Assembly (NCBI GenBank): GCA_964368945.1
Contig: CAYJDM010000006.1
Span: forward strand, 22,546 to 86,545
Direction: 5' to 3'
Source: an uncultured Candidatus Saccharibacteria bacterium
GTDB taxonomy: Bacteria; Patescibacteriota; Minisyncoccia; Phycocordibacterales; CAIZLB01
DNA: 64,000 bases
In this document: piece after piece, positions 26,759 through 36,466 of the stretch
How the letters are laid out: each line of letters starts with the position of its first letter
Numbering within the stretch: the first letter of the stretch is position 1
Notes under the pieces: generated by a model
Told to the model about the DNA's origin: nothing
What the model saw: the letters and a program-made list of their open reading frames with translations, nothing else
The model's database searches: none
Translations under genes and position numbers: made by a program

Positions 26759-26783
26759 TCACTTACGCATCTCTGTAGAGAAG

Positions 26784-27875
26784 CTAAAACCTCGGCTCCT
26801 TCAGCCCCAACTCCCTGAACGTCTTTCGCACGAGCTGCAATGCGCCCTCTTTGCTTTTGGCCACTGCGAGAAATCCGGAATTATGACAAAAAATCGCATC
26901 AGGCACGCCGCTGGCTTTGGCCATCTCGTCATCGCGCAAGCCTCGCCAAGATTCAGGAAATGATATTCGCGTCTCGAATGTCTGGCCGCCCATGGACACC
27001 ATCTTGGCAGACCAGCCGCCTCGGAGGTCCGGATAGACAAAGATCAGTGGCTCGACATATTTCGGCATCTTGAATTCCTCGAATCGCGTCGGTATATATT
27101 TGTTTGAGACGATGACGCGCTTGTCGGCTGCCTTTTCGTATGCGGCACGAGCATCCTTCATTATTTTTTCCTTCTGCTTTGATTTTATGATAAAAACCCT
27201 CAGGGCATCCTTGGCAATCGGAACCATGCGCATGAATTGATTATCGAATTCCTTCATCAATGCGCCATTGGCTTTCTTTTGGACAGCATCGCTTGCCTTG
27301 TCTGTCAGTGCAGCTACCGGCTTCGCGCGCGCGGCATCTGAATCGCCTTTGACCGTATCGCAAACCGTGCTGATATAGTCTTCGAACAAGAACGGCGTGA
27401 CATCGTCGAATGCCGGCGTATAGATATACATGCCATTGTCCATGGCATCGATTCCTTGGACCATATGTCGGTCAACCCAGTCCGCAGCATATGGCGTGCC
27501 CGCGAGTTTTTTTCCAAATTCCTTCCAGACCAAGCCGAAAGAGGCATACTTCACGCCATTCTCGCGCACGCCGCTTCCCTCTCGCTGATGATGATCGAAC
27601 CAGCGCTTTTTCGCATTGTACTTGCCTCCGATATCTACGATGAAATCCGCAACATCCTCGAACTTCTGAGGCTCGAGCGTTCTGATGACTTTGATTTTCT
27701 TTGCAGGATCCTTGGCTGTCTGGCTAAAACCTTCGAGCTCCAGCATATAGATCAGCGTCGCCACGGCGCAGACATCATCAGGATGAAAATTCGCCGAATG
27801 CGTGACGATGATTTTGCCCGACTTTTTCGGCGCAGGCGCCTTTGCTGCGGCTTTCTTTGTTTTCGCGATAGCCAT
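26784..27875 (-). CDS. MYG1/UPF0160 family metal-dependent hydrolase with a Lys/Ala-rich N-terminal extension
   Basis: IVTHSANFHPDDVCAVATL matches the MYG1 N-terminal motif (GTHxGxFHCDEALA). C-terminal FCHNSGFLAVAKSKEGAL matches the MYG1 C-terminal motif. N-terminus MAIAKTKKAAAKAPAPKKSGK. The start overlaps the upstream stop as TAATG. Confidence 0.65.
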   Translation of the reverse strand: MAIAKTKKAAAKAPAPKKSGKIIVTHSANFHPDDVCAVATLIYMLELEGFSQTAKDPAKKIKVIRTLEPQKFEDVADFIVDIGGKYNAKKRWFDHHQREGSGVRENGVKYASFGLVWKEFGKKLAGTPYAADWVDRHMVQGIDAMDNGMYIYTPAFDDVTPFLFEDYISTVCDTVKGDSDAARAKPVAALTDKASDAVQKKANGALMKEFDNQFMRMVPIAKDALRVFIIKSKQKEKIMKDARAAYEKAADKRVIVSNKYIPTRFEEFKMPKYVEPLIFVYPDLRGGWSAKMVSMGGQTFETRISFPESWRGLRDDEMAKASGVPDAIFCHNSGFLAVAKSKEGALQLVRKTFRELGLKEPRF

Positions 27876-28987
27876 TATCGTGCGGACTGATTTATCTTTT
27901 CAGGAGAAACCACGACATTGTTTTCCTGTGCCTTCTCATCGCCGCTGAACATTTTTACCAAAACGAATAGGATGCTGAGAACGAGCGGGCCGAGGATGAA
28001 CCCTTCAGGGCCAAAGAACTGAATGCCGCCCAATACAGAGAAGAGGATGAGCAGAGGATGAATATTGATTCCTTTTTCCAAAATGATGGGACCGAGGAAA
28101 TTATCGATGAGTCCGACAAGCAGCATTGACCAGAGTATCTGGCCAACAATGGCCCACATGGGCGCGCCCGTCGCCACGAGGAAAATTACCGCAGGGATCC
28201 AGACCAAAGCCGTACCGACTCCGGGAACGAGCGCGCATACCGCAGCAACCGTTCCCCACAATGTGGCATTCGGAATCCCAAAAATCGCGAATCCTATTCC
28301 TACCAGCACGCCCTGTATGAGCGCGATGACGAGCGAGCCGGCTACGACAGAACGCACCGCCGTATTCACTGACTTGATGAAAGATTCATCCTTGCTCTTG
28401 CTCCAAGGCGTAAGGGCGATGATATGAGCCTTGAGTTTTTCTCCATCTCTCAAGAAATAGAAGAGCGCGACGAATGCCAGAGCGAGCTTCAGAACGAAAT
28501 CGATAGTGCCTGAGAATATTCCGCCGAGCTTCGAGACGACCCATGAAGAGAATCCCGCGAGATATGATTTGGTATCGATAGTGAATTCAGGCAGGAATCG
28601 CTGCGCCTTCCCTTCTACCCAATTCGTAATGCCGTCAGACGTAAGCGCATCCGATGAGCTGACATGCGTATAGAGCTGCTGCGCCTGATCGACGATCGTA
28701 TTGGTAACGAGGATGAGAGGCAGGATGATTATGATGACCAAAAACGCAACCGTGAGCAGCGCCGATAAGCCGTCTCTTTTGACGCCCTTGCGAATGCGCC
28801 TGAATACAGGGCTGAGCAATATCGCGAGGATCAATGACATCGCGATCACGCCGAAGAATGGCATGAATACGAAGAATGCCAGGATGAATACGATGACGAA
28901 TATTATGGTCGAAAAAACCTGCTGTTGCTTATTTGTTGAGGCGTTCATAGGCACAAGTATACCAAAATCCCTCAAAAAACAACCCAT
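27875..28987 (-). CDS. AI-2E family transporter (UPF0118/PerM-like)
   Basis: 370 aa polytopic membrane protein. Typical AI-2E N-terminus (FSTIIFVIVFILAFFVFMPFFGVIAMSLILAILLSPVFRRI) and C-terminal hydrophobic helices. Confidence 0.75.
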   Translation of the reverse strand: MGCFLRDFGILVPMNASTNKQQQVFSTIIFVIVFILAFFVFMPFFGVIAMSLILAILLSPVFRRIRKGVKRDGLSALLTVAFLVIIIILPLILVTNTIVDQAQQLYTHVSSSDALTSDGITNWVEGKAQRFLPEFTIDTKSYLAGFSSWVVSKLGGIFSGTIDFVLKLALAFVALFYFLRDGEKLKAHIIALTPWSKSKDESFIKSVNTAVRSVVAGSLVIALIQGVLVGIGFAIFGIPNATLWGTVAAVCALVPGVGTALVWIPAVIFLVATGAPMWAIVGQILWSMLLVGLIDNFLGPIILEKGINIHPLLILFSVLGGIQFFGPEGFILGPLVLSILFVLVKMFSGDEKAQENNVVVSPEKINQSAR

Positions 28988-29003
28988 CCGCTTCCTTGCA
29001 GCA

Positions 29004-29033
29004 AAAAAGACCGCCCTTTGCGGAGCGGCCTTT
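29004..29033 (-). terminator. putative intrinsic terminator after the 29056-31065 gene
   Basis: AAAAG-A-CCGC...GCGG-C-CTTTT hairpin with flanking A and T runs. Imperfect. Confidence 0.4.
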
Positions 29034-29055
29034 TCAGATCAGGGTCTGCCTGCTA

Positions 29056-31065
29056 TTACCAAGGGGTTACCGTGAACGTAGGGCTTTCAGCGTCGATATA
29101 CGAAGTATTGTTTGCTGGATATGTTCCATAGCCCAGGCCGAAGACCTTGAGGAAGTAGCCCGACTTGAGCTCTTCCTTCGTCTTGCCGGTTCGCGTCACG
29201 AATCGATTGACTATCTCATTCGTTATCTTGACCGGAGTGCCAGTCGCAGTGACGGTCGTCTGAGGAACCATGACTTCCCACTGTCCAGGAGAAAGCTTAT
29301 TCTGAAGCTGAACCTGGAATCCATAATGGCGGAACTTTGCGAGATTTCCGAATACCCAAGTCATATTGATATCAGGAGATGTGCTTGCATATGCGAATCC
29401 CGCGACCGGAGCAGTTACTCGGAGATATGGATTCGTGCTCGAAGCTTCCGCAGCCGTAGCGCCGGTAGTTCCTGTCGTCCCGGTTGTTCCAGTTGATGCG
29501 GTGTCGTATGCGAATACGAATTTGTCTCCATTATTTCTTGTCAAAACCATTCGGCCATTTTCGAGAGAAACCGTCGCGCCTGATGTCATCATGGCTATGA
29601 ATGAAGTTTCGGCAGGGGCGATGATAGCTGCCGTGCAGGCCATCATCGTAGATGTGAGATTAGGGGCAGTGATCACATTGCCCGTTCGAGTGAATGAGCC
29701 CGAGATCGAATTGCAGATATTCGCAGAAAGCGTTCCATTTCCTGTTCCATTGCTTGTGAATGTCAACGACGGAGTCTGCATAGGCGTAGTGAAGTCTCCA
29801 TTGAATGAAAGGAGCTTGAATGGAGTCGATGCGAGATATACGAGATTCGTCCCAGTATTGCCAGTTCCTGTATTCGTATTGGTATTCGCAGGCGCATTCG
29901 GATTCGTCACCGTGATCACGCCGCTTTCATCATATGCGAGCGCGCTCCACTGCGTTGGGCTTCCGCTCGTCTCGCCTGCCGGTCGCAAATATACTCGGAC
30001 CTTGTACGTTCCACCTGGAATATCAGAAGGCACAGGAATGGTAGTCGTCACATTAGAGACCGGATTATTCGGAGTGAATGATCCTAGAGAATATCCGCCT
30101 GAAACAGAATCATAGTAAGAGCCATCGCCTGACAAAGCCGAGCCAGACTGCGGGATCAGATAGAATGACAATGAATATACCTTGTCGGATGAGATCGTGC
30201 TCTGATATGCAAAGCTTCCTCCCGCGGCAACCGTTCCCGATGTCGGCGAAGTGATATCGATCATGGCAGCGCCAGTGCTGCCCGTATTTCCTCCATTCGC
30301 AATATCGAAGACCGTGAATTCTGAGCTGAAAGCCTGTCGGCACTGGATGCTCGAAAGCGCTGTACAAGAAGGGGTCACTTTTATCTTATATGTGAAATCC
30401 TTATTCAATGCGGAAGACAAAGTGAATGTCGAAGTTTTTCGTCCTGCTGCAGTCGCATATACCGTGCCGAATCGCTGGAATACGGTATCGCCTCGCACCA
30501 AGTCCACTGCATATGACATCCATGTCGGATTGCTCGTAGGATTCGGAACCGGATTATCAATCGATACGGTAATAGTTCCTCCGGCCGTATATCGATCATA
30601 TCGCGTCGGAGAGCTGACGATGATTCCGAGGGCTGGATTCGAAACCGTAGACCCTGTCGATCCGGTGCTGCCCGTTCCGGCAGTAGGATCAGTTGGCACT
30701 ACGCTAGAGTTGGGATTACAGCTGATTTCTCGAATCTTTTCTCGAGTCAAAGATCCCACATATCCTGCAGGGCTAGCCGGGATATTGTACTGTCGCTGGA
30801 ATGCGCTGGCCGCATTTCGCGTCTGAGGGCCAAAGAGGCCATTCGGAGTCGCAGCGAGATAGCCCGCGCTTTTCAGAAAGTTCTGGAGAACCGTAACCGC
30901 TCCGCCTGTAGAGGCATCAGTCATCGGATATTTCAAATTGACCGCGATATTCGCACAAGCCATGGTCGAAGCCGTCTGCGCATTCGCAGAAGTCGCTCCA
31001 GCCGTGGCGCTAATAAAGAATGCTAATAAAAATACTAGTGTCTTGTAAACGTGAACTTTTTTCAT
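29056..31065 (-). CDS. secreted protein with N-terminal peptidoglycan-binding domain and repeated Ser/Thr-rich beta-sandwich domains
   Basis: Signal peptide MKKVHVYKTLVFLLAFFISATAGATSANA. PG_binding_1-like segment YPMTDASTGGAVTVLQNFLKSAGYLAATPNGLFGPQTRNAASAFQ. TGSTGSTGST and TGTTGTTGTTG linkers. Repeated Kre9/KNH-like domains. Confidence 0.6.
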   Translation of the reverse strand: MKKVHVYKTLVFLLAFFISATAGATSANAQTASTMACANIAVNLKYPMTDASTGGAVTVLQNFLKSAGYLAATPNGLFGPQTRNAASAFQRQYNIPASPAGYVGSLTREKIREISCNPNSSVVPTDPTAGTGSTGSTGSTVSNPALGIIVSSPTRYDRYTAGGTITVSIDNPVPNPTSNPTWMSYAVDLVRGDTVFQRFGTVYATAAGRKTSTFTLSSALNKDFTYKIKVTPSCTALSSIQCRQAFSSEFTVFDIANGGNTGSTGAAMIDITSPTSGTVAAGGSFAYQSTISSDKVYSLSFYLIPQSGSALSGDGSYYDSVSGGYSLGSFTPNNPVSNVTTTIPVPSDIPGGTYKVRVYLRPAGETSGSPTQWSALAYDESGVITVTNPNAPANTNTNTGTGNTGTNLVYLASTPFKLLSFNGDFTTPMQTPSLTFTSNGTGNGTLSANICNSISGSFTRTGNVITAPNLTSTMMACTAAIIAPAETSFIAMMTSGATVSLENGRMVLTRNNGDKFVFAYDTASTGTTGTTGTTGATAAEASSTNPYLRVTAPVAGFAYASTSPDINMTWVFGNLAKFRHYGFQVQLQNKLSPGQWEVMVPQTTVTATGTPVKITNEIVNRFVTRTGKTKEELKSGYFLKVFGLGYGTYPANNTSYIDAESPTFTVTPW

Positions 31066-31085
31066 GCATATAGTATAGCAAATAA

Positions 31086-31130
31086 AAAGGCCGCACCTCT
31101 CTCCTTTCAGAGAGCGATGCGGCTTTTGTC
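31086..31130 (-). terminator. intrinsic terminator after the PurM-like gene, with promoter region for the next gene
   Basis: Nested hairpin GCCGCA-C-CTCTCT-CCTTTC-AGAGAG-CGA-TGCGGC (about 31090-31123). On the minus strand it is followed by CTTTTTATTTG. Confidence 0.55.
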
Positions 31131-31159
31131 GTCAAGGCCAGGCTCGGGCCTTGCTCGAA

Positions 31160-32326
31160 TTATCGAACGGCCAGGGTGTCGCCGGCAAATTCGAGGTTTT
31201 TCGGACGAATAACGACCTTCTTTTCGCCCGCCTCGACATAGCCTGCGACGAATGCCTCATGGCCGAGGCCGCGACAGATGGCGACGGTTTTCTCAGCGTC
31301 GGTAAGACGAACATACAGAACGAATCCTGCGCCCATATTGAAATTCCCGTACGCCTCCCTGTCGTCGATGGGGCCATGCGTCTGCAGAAAATCAAAGATC
31401 GGCAGCTGCGGAGGGAGCTTGTCGACGACATACGTGAAATCGCCAGGATGCCGCATAAGCTTGCGCCAAGCATGGCCAGTTACATTGACCGTATACGGAA
31501 TGTGAATTCCCGCATTGAGACAACCCTCGATCGCATCAACATAAATCCTGGTCGGATCAAGCAAGGTCTCCCCATATGTGCGACCGTCTGACAGAGTTGT
31601 CAGATAGCCTTTGGGCAAAGCCTTCAATGGGAACTTTCTCGGCAAAACCAAATTCCCGAAGCGCCGCCAGAAGCCGTCCTTTCTTTCGCCGATTAATCCA
31701 CACATCGTCAGCCCATTGGCATGAACGCCGGAGCTAGGAAGAATAACTATCGCATCGCCATGCTGAATATCGCCTGTTATGAGTCTATCCTTGGGAGCGA
31801 TAATCCCGACGGCGGACCCAGCAATGACAGCAGTACCCGGATTAATGATACCCTTGAGAGTTGGCGTCTCGCCGCACCCCCAGACGCATCTTGCCAAATC
31901 GCAGGCCTTTTTCCAGCCTGATACCAGATCATTGACGCGCTGTTGATCATCAAACCAATCAGAAGATCCGACGGCAAGGTGCATGGCAACCGACAGGGGC
32001 AATGCGCCCAGCGTAATCATGTCATTGACAATCATCGCGACGGCGCATTGAGCGATATGATCATAGTACGATTTGCCAGTGAGGATATACATTGCGTCTG
32101 CAACCCGATTCTTGGTGCCAAGCCCTTCTTCGACTTGAGCTATGTACATCTCCAGCATCTCGATGAGATAGACGCTTTCGCCACGACTGAGTTCGTACTC
32201 CTTGATTGCGCCACCCATCAGACGCGCTATATTGCCAGCAGTGCCTTTTGCGGCGAGCTGAGCGAGGCGCTTAAACGGATCCATAGCACCGTAATCGACG
32301 CCCGAACCCTTATAGGTCATATTCAT
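31160..32326 (-). CDS. AIR synthase-related (PurM-like) protein
   Basis: N-terminal TYKGSGVDYGAMDPFKRL resembles the PurM SYKDAGVDIDAGN region. At 388 aa it is longer than canonical PurM (about 345 aa), so it may be a PurM-superfamily paralogue. Confidence 0.5.
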   Translation of the reverse strand: MNMTYKGSGVDYGAMDPFKRLAQLAAKGTAGNIARLMGGAIKEYELSRGESVYLIEMLEMYIAQVEEGLGTKNRVADAMYILTGKSYYDHIAQCAVAMIVNDMITLGALPLSVAMHLAVGSSDWFDDQQRVNDLVSGWKKACDLARCVWGCGETPTLKGIINPGTAVIAGSAVGIIAPKDRLITGDIQHGDAIVILPSSGVHANGLTMCGLIGERKDGFWRRFGNLVLPRKFPLKALPKGYLTTLSDGRTYGETLLDPTRIYVDAIEGCLNAGIHIPYTVNVTGHAWRKLMRHPGDFTYVVDKLPPQLPIFDFLQTHGPIDDREAYGNFNMGAGFVLYVRLTDAEKTVAICRGLGHEAFVAGYVEAGEKKVVIRPKNLEFAGDTLAVR

Positions 32327-32419
32327 AATGTTATTTGATTCTACGAGTTGAATGGGCGGATCCGCGTGATGCGAGTCCGAACTTACCCGGAATCAGAGTA
32401 TCAGATCAGTAACTCCATA

Positions 32420-32626
32420 TCAATACTCGGCCTTCTTTGGTGGCTTAGATGATTTCGCCGCTTTAGCCTTTGGCGCTTTTGTCATCTTCGGAACCTCCAA
32501 CGTCACCCAGACATCGTCAGCCTTGCATACGAGCATGGTTCGATCGTATTCCTTCTTGGTTTTCGAATCATTGCTGATATCTTTTCGCATCGACTTCATT
32601 TCCTTATTGCATATTGGGCAGTTCAT
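32420..32626 (-). CDS. small zinc-ribbon protein (about 68 aa) with a Lys-rich C-terminal tail
   Basis: Start placed at the ATG at 32626 (MNCPICNKEMK...VCKADD...KMTKAPKAKAAKSSKPPKKAEY). The longer ORF-track frame overlaps the NUDIX 3' end. Contains a CPxC...C motif. Confidence 0.4.
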   Translation of the reverse strand: MNCPICNKEMKSMRKDISNDSKTKKEYDRTMLVCKADDVWVTLEVPKMTKAPKAKAAKSSKPPKKAEY

Positions 32627-32642
32627 TTTTTTATTATATAGC

Positions 32643-33039
32643 TTAGAAGATAAATTTCTCAAAAAAATTCCGAGTCGCAGGCCATAATTGCATGGCGACG
32701 ATTTCGCTTTTGGCGAACCAGCCGATTCCGGCAATCTCGTTTTCATCAACCTTCATCTCCCCTTGCGAGAGCTCGCATTCCCACCAATGAACCAGTATGC
32801 CCGTCTCATCAGCGATGCTTTCAGCGAGCTTGCGCAAAGGAACCGCCTGCAAGCCTAACTCCTCCTGAATCTCTCTAACGAGCGCATCCTTATCGGATTC
32901 CCCATCTTCCAAATGCCCGCCTGGCGGATACCAAAAAACCGGCATATTGACCGTAATCAGTTGACGATTTCACCAAGAGATATTCATCGCTGCCATTCGC
33001 GTTTTTTCGCGACATGATACCAACGGCAATTTCTTTCAT
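32643..33039 (-). pseudogene. NUDIX hydrolase gene interrupted by a +1 frameshift in a T6 homopolymer (A6 on the plus strand, about 32933-32938)
   Basis: From the ATG at 33039 the frame reads MKEIAVGIMSRKNANGSDEYLLVKSSTDYGQYAGF. After the run GGTTTTTTGGTAT the other frame (ORF 32643-32945) reads WYPPGGHLEDGESDKDALVREIQEELG, a Nudix box. Removing one T restores a single ORF of about 130 aa. Confidence 0.55.
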
Positions 33040-33054
33040 ATTGTTTGCCTTGGC

Positions 33055-36000
33055 CTAGGCATTCGCCCCATGGCACTTTTTATATTTCTTATTCGAACCG
33101 CAAGGACAGGGGTCATTTCTTCCTACCTTGTCTTCGCCTTCTGATCGAGAGATTACGGGTCGGGCCATGCCGCTCTGCGATCCATTCGCAAGGGAGTTTG
33201 CCATGCTGCCTCCGAATCCGCCTCCAGCAGATCCAGTATGCCCGAGATTCATATCTCGAGCGAGATCTTCGGATGTATCGCGAGCAGCGACGACAGGAAC
33301 GCTTTCTTCCATCTTCATCTGGGAGCCGACATCGAGCGTGATCGATGTGAGGACCTGAACGGCCTGAGCTTGGATAGCAAAATCCATATCCTTGAAGAGC
33401 TGGTGCCCTGATTTTTTATATTCGACGAGAGGGTCTCGCTGCCCATATGCCCGCAAGTTGACGCTGGCTCGGAGATGATCCATGGTCTCGATATGCTCGA
33501 TCCAGAATGTATCGATAGACTGGAGCATGATCGTTCGGAAGATCTTGAGGAAAGCCATAGGATCGCCGGAGAGCTCGTCGATTTCCTTTCTCTTTGCATC
33601 GAGCTTTTCGTCTTCTGACATTTTCGCCTGATGGTTTGTCGAGACATCCGCGGCATTTCCATTGTCATCGAGATCAGCGACGCCATATGAATTCTCTTCG
33701 TCGGCCTCCTCGCTTTCTTCATCGCGCTTCAATGTCTTTGCGAAATCCTTCAGCCGCGCAAAAGCGACTTCGAGATTATGCTCATTGCCAGCCTCTCCGC
33801 CGAGAAGGATGGCTCGCCTATCCTCATAGATCCGCTTTCGCTGCTGATTCAAAACATTGTCGAATTCGAAGACATGCTTTCGAGAATCGAAGTACCAGCC
33901 TTCGATCTTTGTCTGGGCAGTCTCTAGCGTTCGTCCAACCATGCCGCTCTCTATAGGCATATCGTCAGGAATCTTCATGCGAGTCATGAGGTTTTTGACA
34001 AAATCATTCCCTGCAAAGTTGCGCATCAGATAATCCTCGAGCGAGACATAGAACTGCGTCTCTCCAGGATCGCCCTGTCGTCCAGATCGTCCTCGAAGCT
34101 GATTGTCGATTCGTCGAGCCTCATGCCGCTCCGTACCGAGCACGAATAATCCGCCGAGATCCCGGATCTCCTGCGCCTCTTCCGGAGTTGATGGAACGCC
34201 GCCCAATTTGATATCGACTCCTCGTCCTGCCATATTCGTGGCGATAGTGACGGAGCCCTTCTTTCCCGCCTGAGCAATCGTCTCTCCTTCCCGCTCCGCG
34301 AATTCAGGCTTGGCATTGAGCAATGCATATGGAACGCCCGCTCGCTTGAGCAAGGCACCGAGCTCCTGGCTTTTTTCGATAGAAACCGTACCGACAAGCA
34401 CGGGCTGACCCTTCTCATGCAATTCCTTGATCCTGTTTACTGCGGCCTGGAATTTGCCGGCTTCTGTTTTGAAAATGAGATCCCTCTTATCGAGTCGAGC
34501 GATCGGCCTATGCGTAGGGACCGAGACGACATCGAGATCGTAAACCTTTACGAATTCTTCTGAGCTTGTCTGTCCAGTTCCCGTCATGCCTCCGAGCTTC
34601 GGATATAGTCGGAAATAATTCTGGAATGTGATAGAGGCCTGCGTTCGCGATTCCTGCTGGATTCGCACGCCTTCCTTGGCCTCGATAGCCTGATGCAAGC
34701 CTTCTGACCAGCGATGGCCGGCCTTCACTCGTCCCGTAGCGGGATCAACGATGAGGATTTCTCCATCCTTAACGATATAGTCGACTTCAGCCTTATAAAT
34801 CGCCTTTGCGCGGATGGCATTCTCGAGATGGTGAACATATTTGACGCCTCCTTCCGAATACATATTCTTCATGCCGAGCGCGGCTTCTGCGGCATCGATG
34901 CCCGCATCAGTGATCGCAATGCTCTTATATTTTTCATTCGTCGTATAATGCTCGCCTTCTGTCAGGTTACGCGCAATCTGTGCGAATTTTACATAAAGCT
35001 CTCCGGAGTCCGCTACCGCAGCAGAGATAATGAGAGGCGTTCTCGCCTCATCGATGAGAATGGAGTCCACTTCATCCACGATCGCATAATGGAATTCTCG
35101 CTGTCGAAGTCCTCGCGGCTCTCGCTCCAGATTGTCTCGGAGATAGTCGAAGCCGAATTCGCTATTCGTACCATATGTGACATCGGCCATATATGCCTCG
35201 CGTCGATTGACCGGTCGGAGGAATTCATACTGAACCTTGAAGGCGCCGATCTCTCGCTCCTTATCTAGGACGACGTTTATATGCGCGGCCGCTTCGATCG
35301 TCTTATCGGTTCCCGCATCTGTCCCAGTCGTTTCTGCTGGCGGCGCGATATGAGAAGGATCATATACAAAACTTTCCTCTGAATTGACTACGGCAGCTGA
35401 GACTCCGAGCAAAGAATAGATCTGCCCCATCCAAACGGCATCTCGTCGCGATAGATAATCATTGACCGTTACGACATGAACGCCTCGCCCCATCAATGCA
35501 TTCAGATAGACAGGCAGCGTCGCCATCTGCGTCTTTCCTTCTCCGGTTTTCATTTCTGCGATCATCCCATCATTGAGAACGAGTCCTCCGATGAGCTGAA
35601 CGTCATAATGCCGCTGATTGAGCGCGCGCTTTGCGGCTTCGCGAACGAGGGCGAATGCTTCTGTGATATGAGGCTCGAGAATCTTCTTGATCTCGGCTTT
35701 GGTGAATCCCGAAGTGCGAACATCCTGCGCTCCGGCAGCTTTGGAATTTCCCGATGCAGACCGATTGCCGCTCAGAACCTCTGCTTCGGCATCCTTCTCA
35801 GCATTGGCTTTTTTGTCAGCAAGAAGAGCATCCGCCTTCCCCTGGATCTGGGAACGGAGCGCATTGCTGCGAGCCAGGAGGCCGGCAGCATCCAAGGCCT
35901 GTATTTCAGGCTCGAATGCATTAATAGCCTCTACGGTCTTACGGTAGGACTTGACTCGGCGTTCCGAGCTGCTTGGGAAGATGGTGTTTAGGATGCTCAT
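33055..36000 (-). CDS. secA: preprotein translocase ATPase SecA
   Basis: Start placed at [11 protein letters not shown] (ATG at 36000). DEAD-like motor motifs. C-terminal zinc finger [15 protein letters not shown]. 981 aa. Confidence 0.9.
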   Translation of the reverse strand: MSILNTIFPSSSERRVKSYRKTVEAINAFEPEIQALDAAGLLARSNALRSQIQGKADALLADKKANAEKDAEAEVLSGNRSASGNSKAAGAQDVRTSGFTKAEIKKILEPHITEAFALVREAAKRALNQRHYDVQLIGGLVLNDGMIAEMKTGEGKTQMATLPVYLNALMGRGVHVVTVNDYLSRRDAVWMGQIYSLLGVSAAVVNSEESFVYDPSHIAPPAETTGTDAGTDKTIEAAAHINVVLDKEREIGAFKVQYEFLRPVNRREAYMADVTYGTNSEFGFDYLRDNLEREPRGLRQREFHYAIVDEVDSILIDEARTPLIISAAVADSGELYVKFAQIARNLTEGEHYTTNEKYKSIAITDAGIDAAEAALGMKNMYSEGGVKYVHHLENAIRAKAIYKAEVDYIVKDGEILIVDPATGRVKAGHRWSEGLHQAIEAKEGVRIQQESRTQASITFQNYFRLYPKLGGMTGTGQTSSEEFVKVYDLDVVSVPTHRPIARLDKRDLIFKTEAGKFQAAVNRIKELHEKGQPVLVGTVSIEKSQELGALLKRAGVPYALLNAKPEFAEREGETIAQAGKKGSVTIATNMAGRGVDIKLGGVPSTPEEAQEIRDLGGLFVLGTERHEARRIDNQLRGRSGRQGDPGETQFYVSLEDYLMRNFAGNDFVKNLMTRMKIPDDMPIESGMVGRTLETAQTKIEGWYFDSRKHVFEFDNVLNQQRKRIYEDRRAILLGGEAGNEHNLEVAFARLKDFAKTLKRDEESEEADEENSYGVADLDDNGNAADVSTNHQAKMSEDEKLDAKRKEIDELSGDPMAFLKIFRTIMLQSIDTFWIEHIETMDHLRASVNLRAYGQRDPLVEYKKSGHQLFKDMDFAIQAQAVQVLTSITLDVGSQMKMEESVPVVAARDTSEDLARDMNLGHTGSAGGGFGGSMANSLANGSQSGMARPVISRSEGEDKVGRNDPCPCGSNKKYKKCHGANA

Positions 36001-36077
36001 ATATATGTATGTATTGGGTATATACTGTAGCACTTTTGGCCTAGGAATTGAAGCCTCTCTGGCCCGTCCCTACAACA

Positions 36078-36110
36078 GAAAAACCCCGGACGAATCCGGG
36101 GCTTTTCCTA
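36078..36110 (-). terminator. strong intrinsic terminator upstream of secA
   Basis: Perfect 7 bp stem CCCCGGA / TCCGGGG (36084-36090 and 36095-36101) with a 4 nt loop. On the minus strand it is followed by UUUUUCUGUUG. Confidence 0.65.
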
Positions 36111-36143
36111 AGTAGTTGTCTACTCCTTTAAAGAAGTGGAGAC

Positions 36144-36233
36144 TATCGAGAAGTTTTCTTCTTCGCTGGTGCCTTCTTCTTTGCAGTCTTCTTTTTAGGA
36201 GCTGCCTTCTTTGCTTTCTTTTTTGCTGCCATG
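36144..36233 (-). CDS. putative 29 aa Lys/Ala-rich basic peptide (MAAKKKAKKAAPKKKTAKKKAPAKKKTSR)
   Basis: Clean ATG-to-TAG frame found by hand; it is below the ORF-track length cut-off. The terminator above lies about 40 nt downstream. A TTTACA-N16-TAAATA box ends 2 nt before the ATG, which would make it a leaderless transcript. Same Lys/Ala-rich composition as tails on three other proteins in the window. Confidence 0.3.
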
Positions 36234-36466
36234 ATATTTATTGAAAGATCTTTATTTGTAAATCTTTGCACTCGCTGACGATGCGCGCGCAAATACATAA
36301 GTAATTATCATGCAAGTGCGCTCGTCAAACAATAATCATATGAATTTACATGTGGATAACCGTACGACATTGAATATCAAGGTTATTTTCGATCTTCGAT
36401 ACTTAACATGTTAATCTTTCGACCCTTCATGCGCTATTTTTTCCGCGCAAATCCGATTTCGAAGAA

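Noticed and set aside
32327-32419. Possible tRNA or ncRNA in the 93 nt gap containing the GCGGATCCGC palindrome
   Set aside because: There is no T-arm (GTTCRANYC) or acceptor-stem complementarity, only short local hairpins, and no U-tract. I treat it as an ordinary intergenic spacer.
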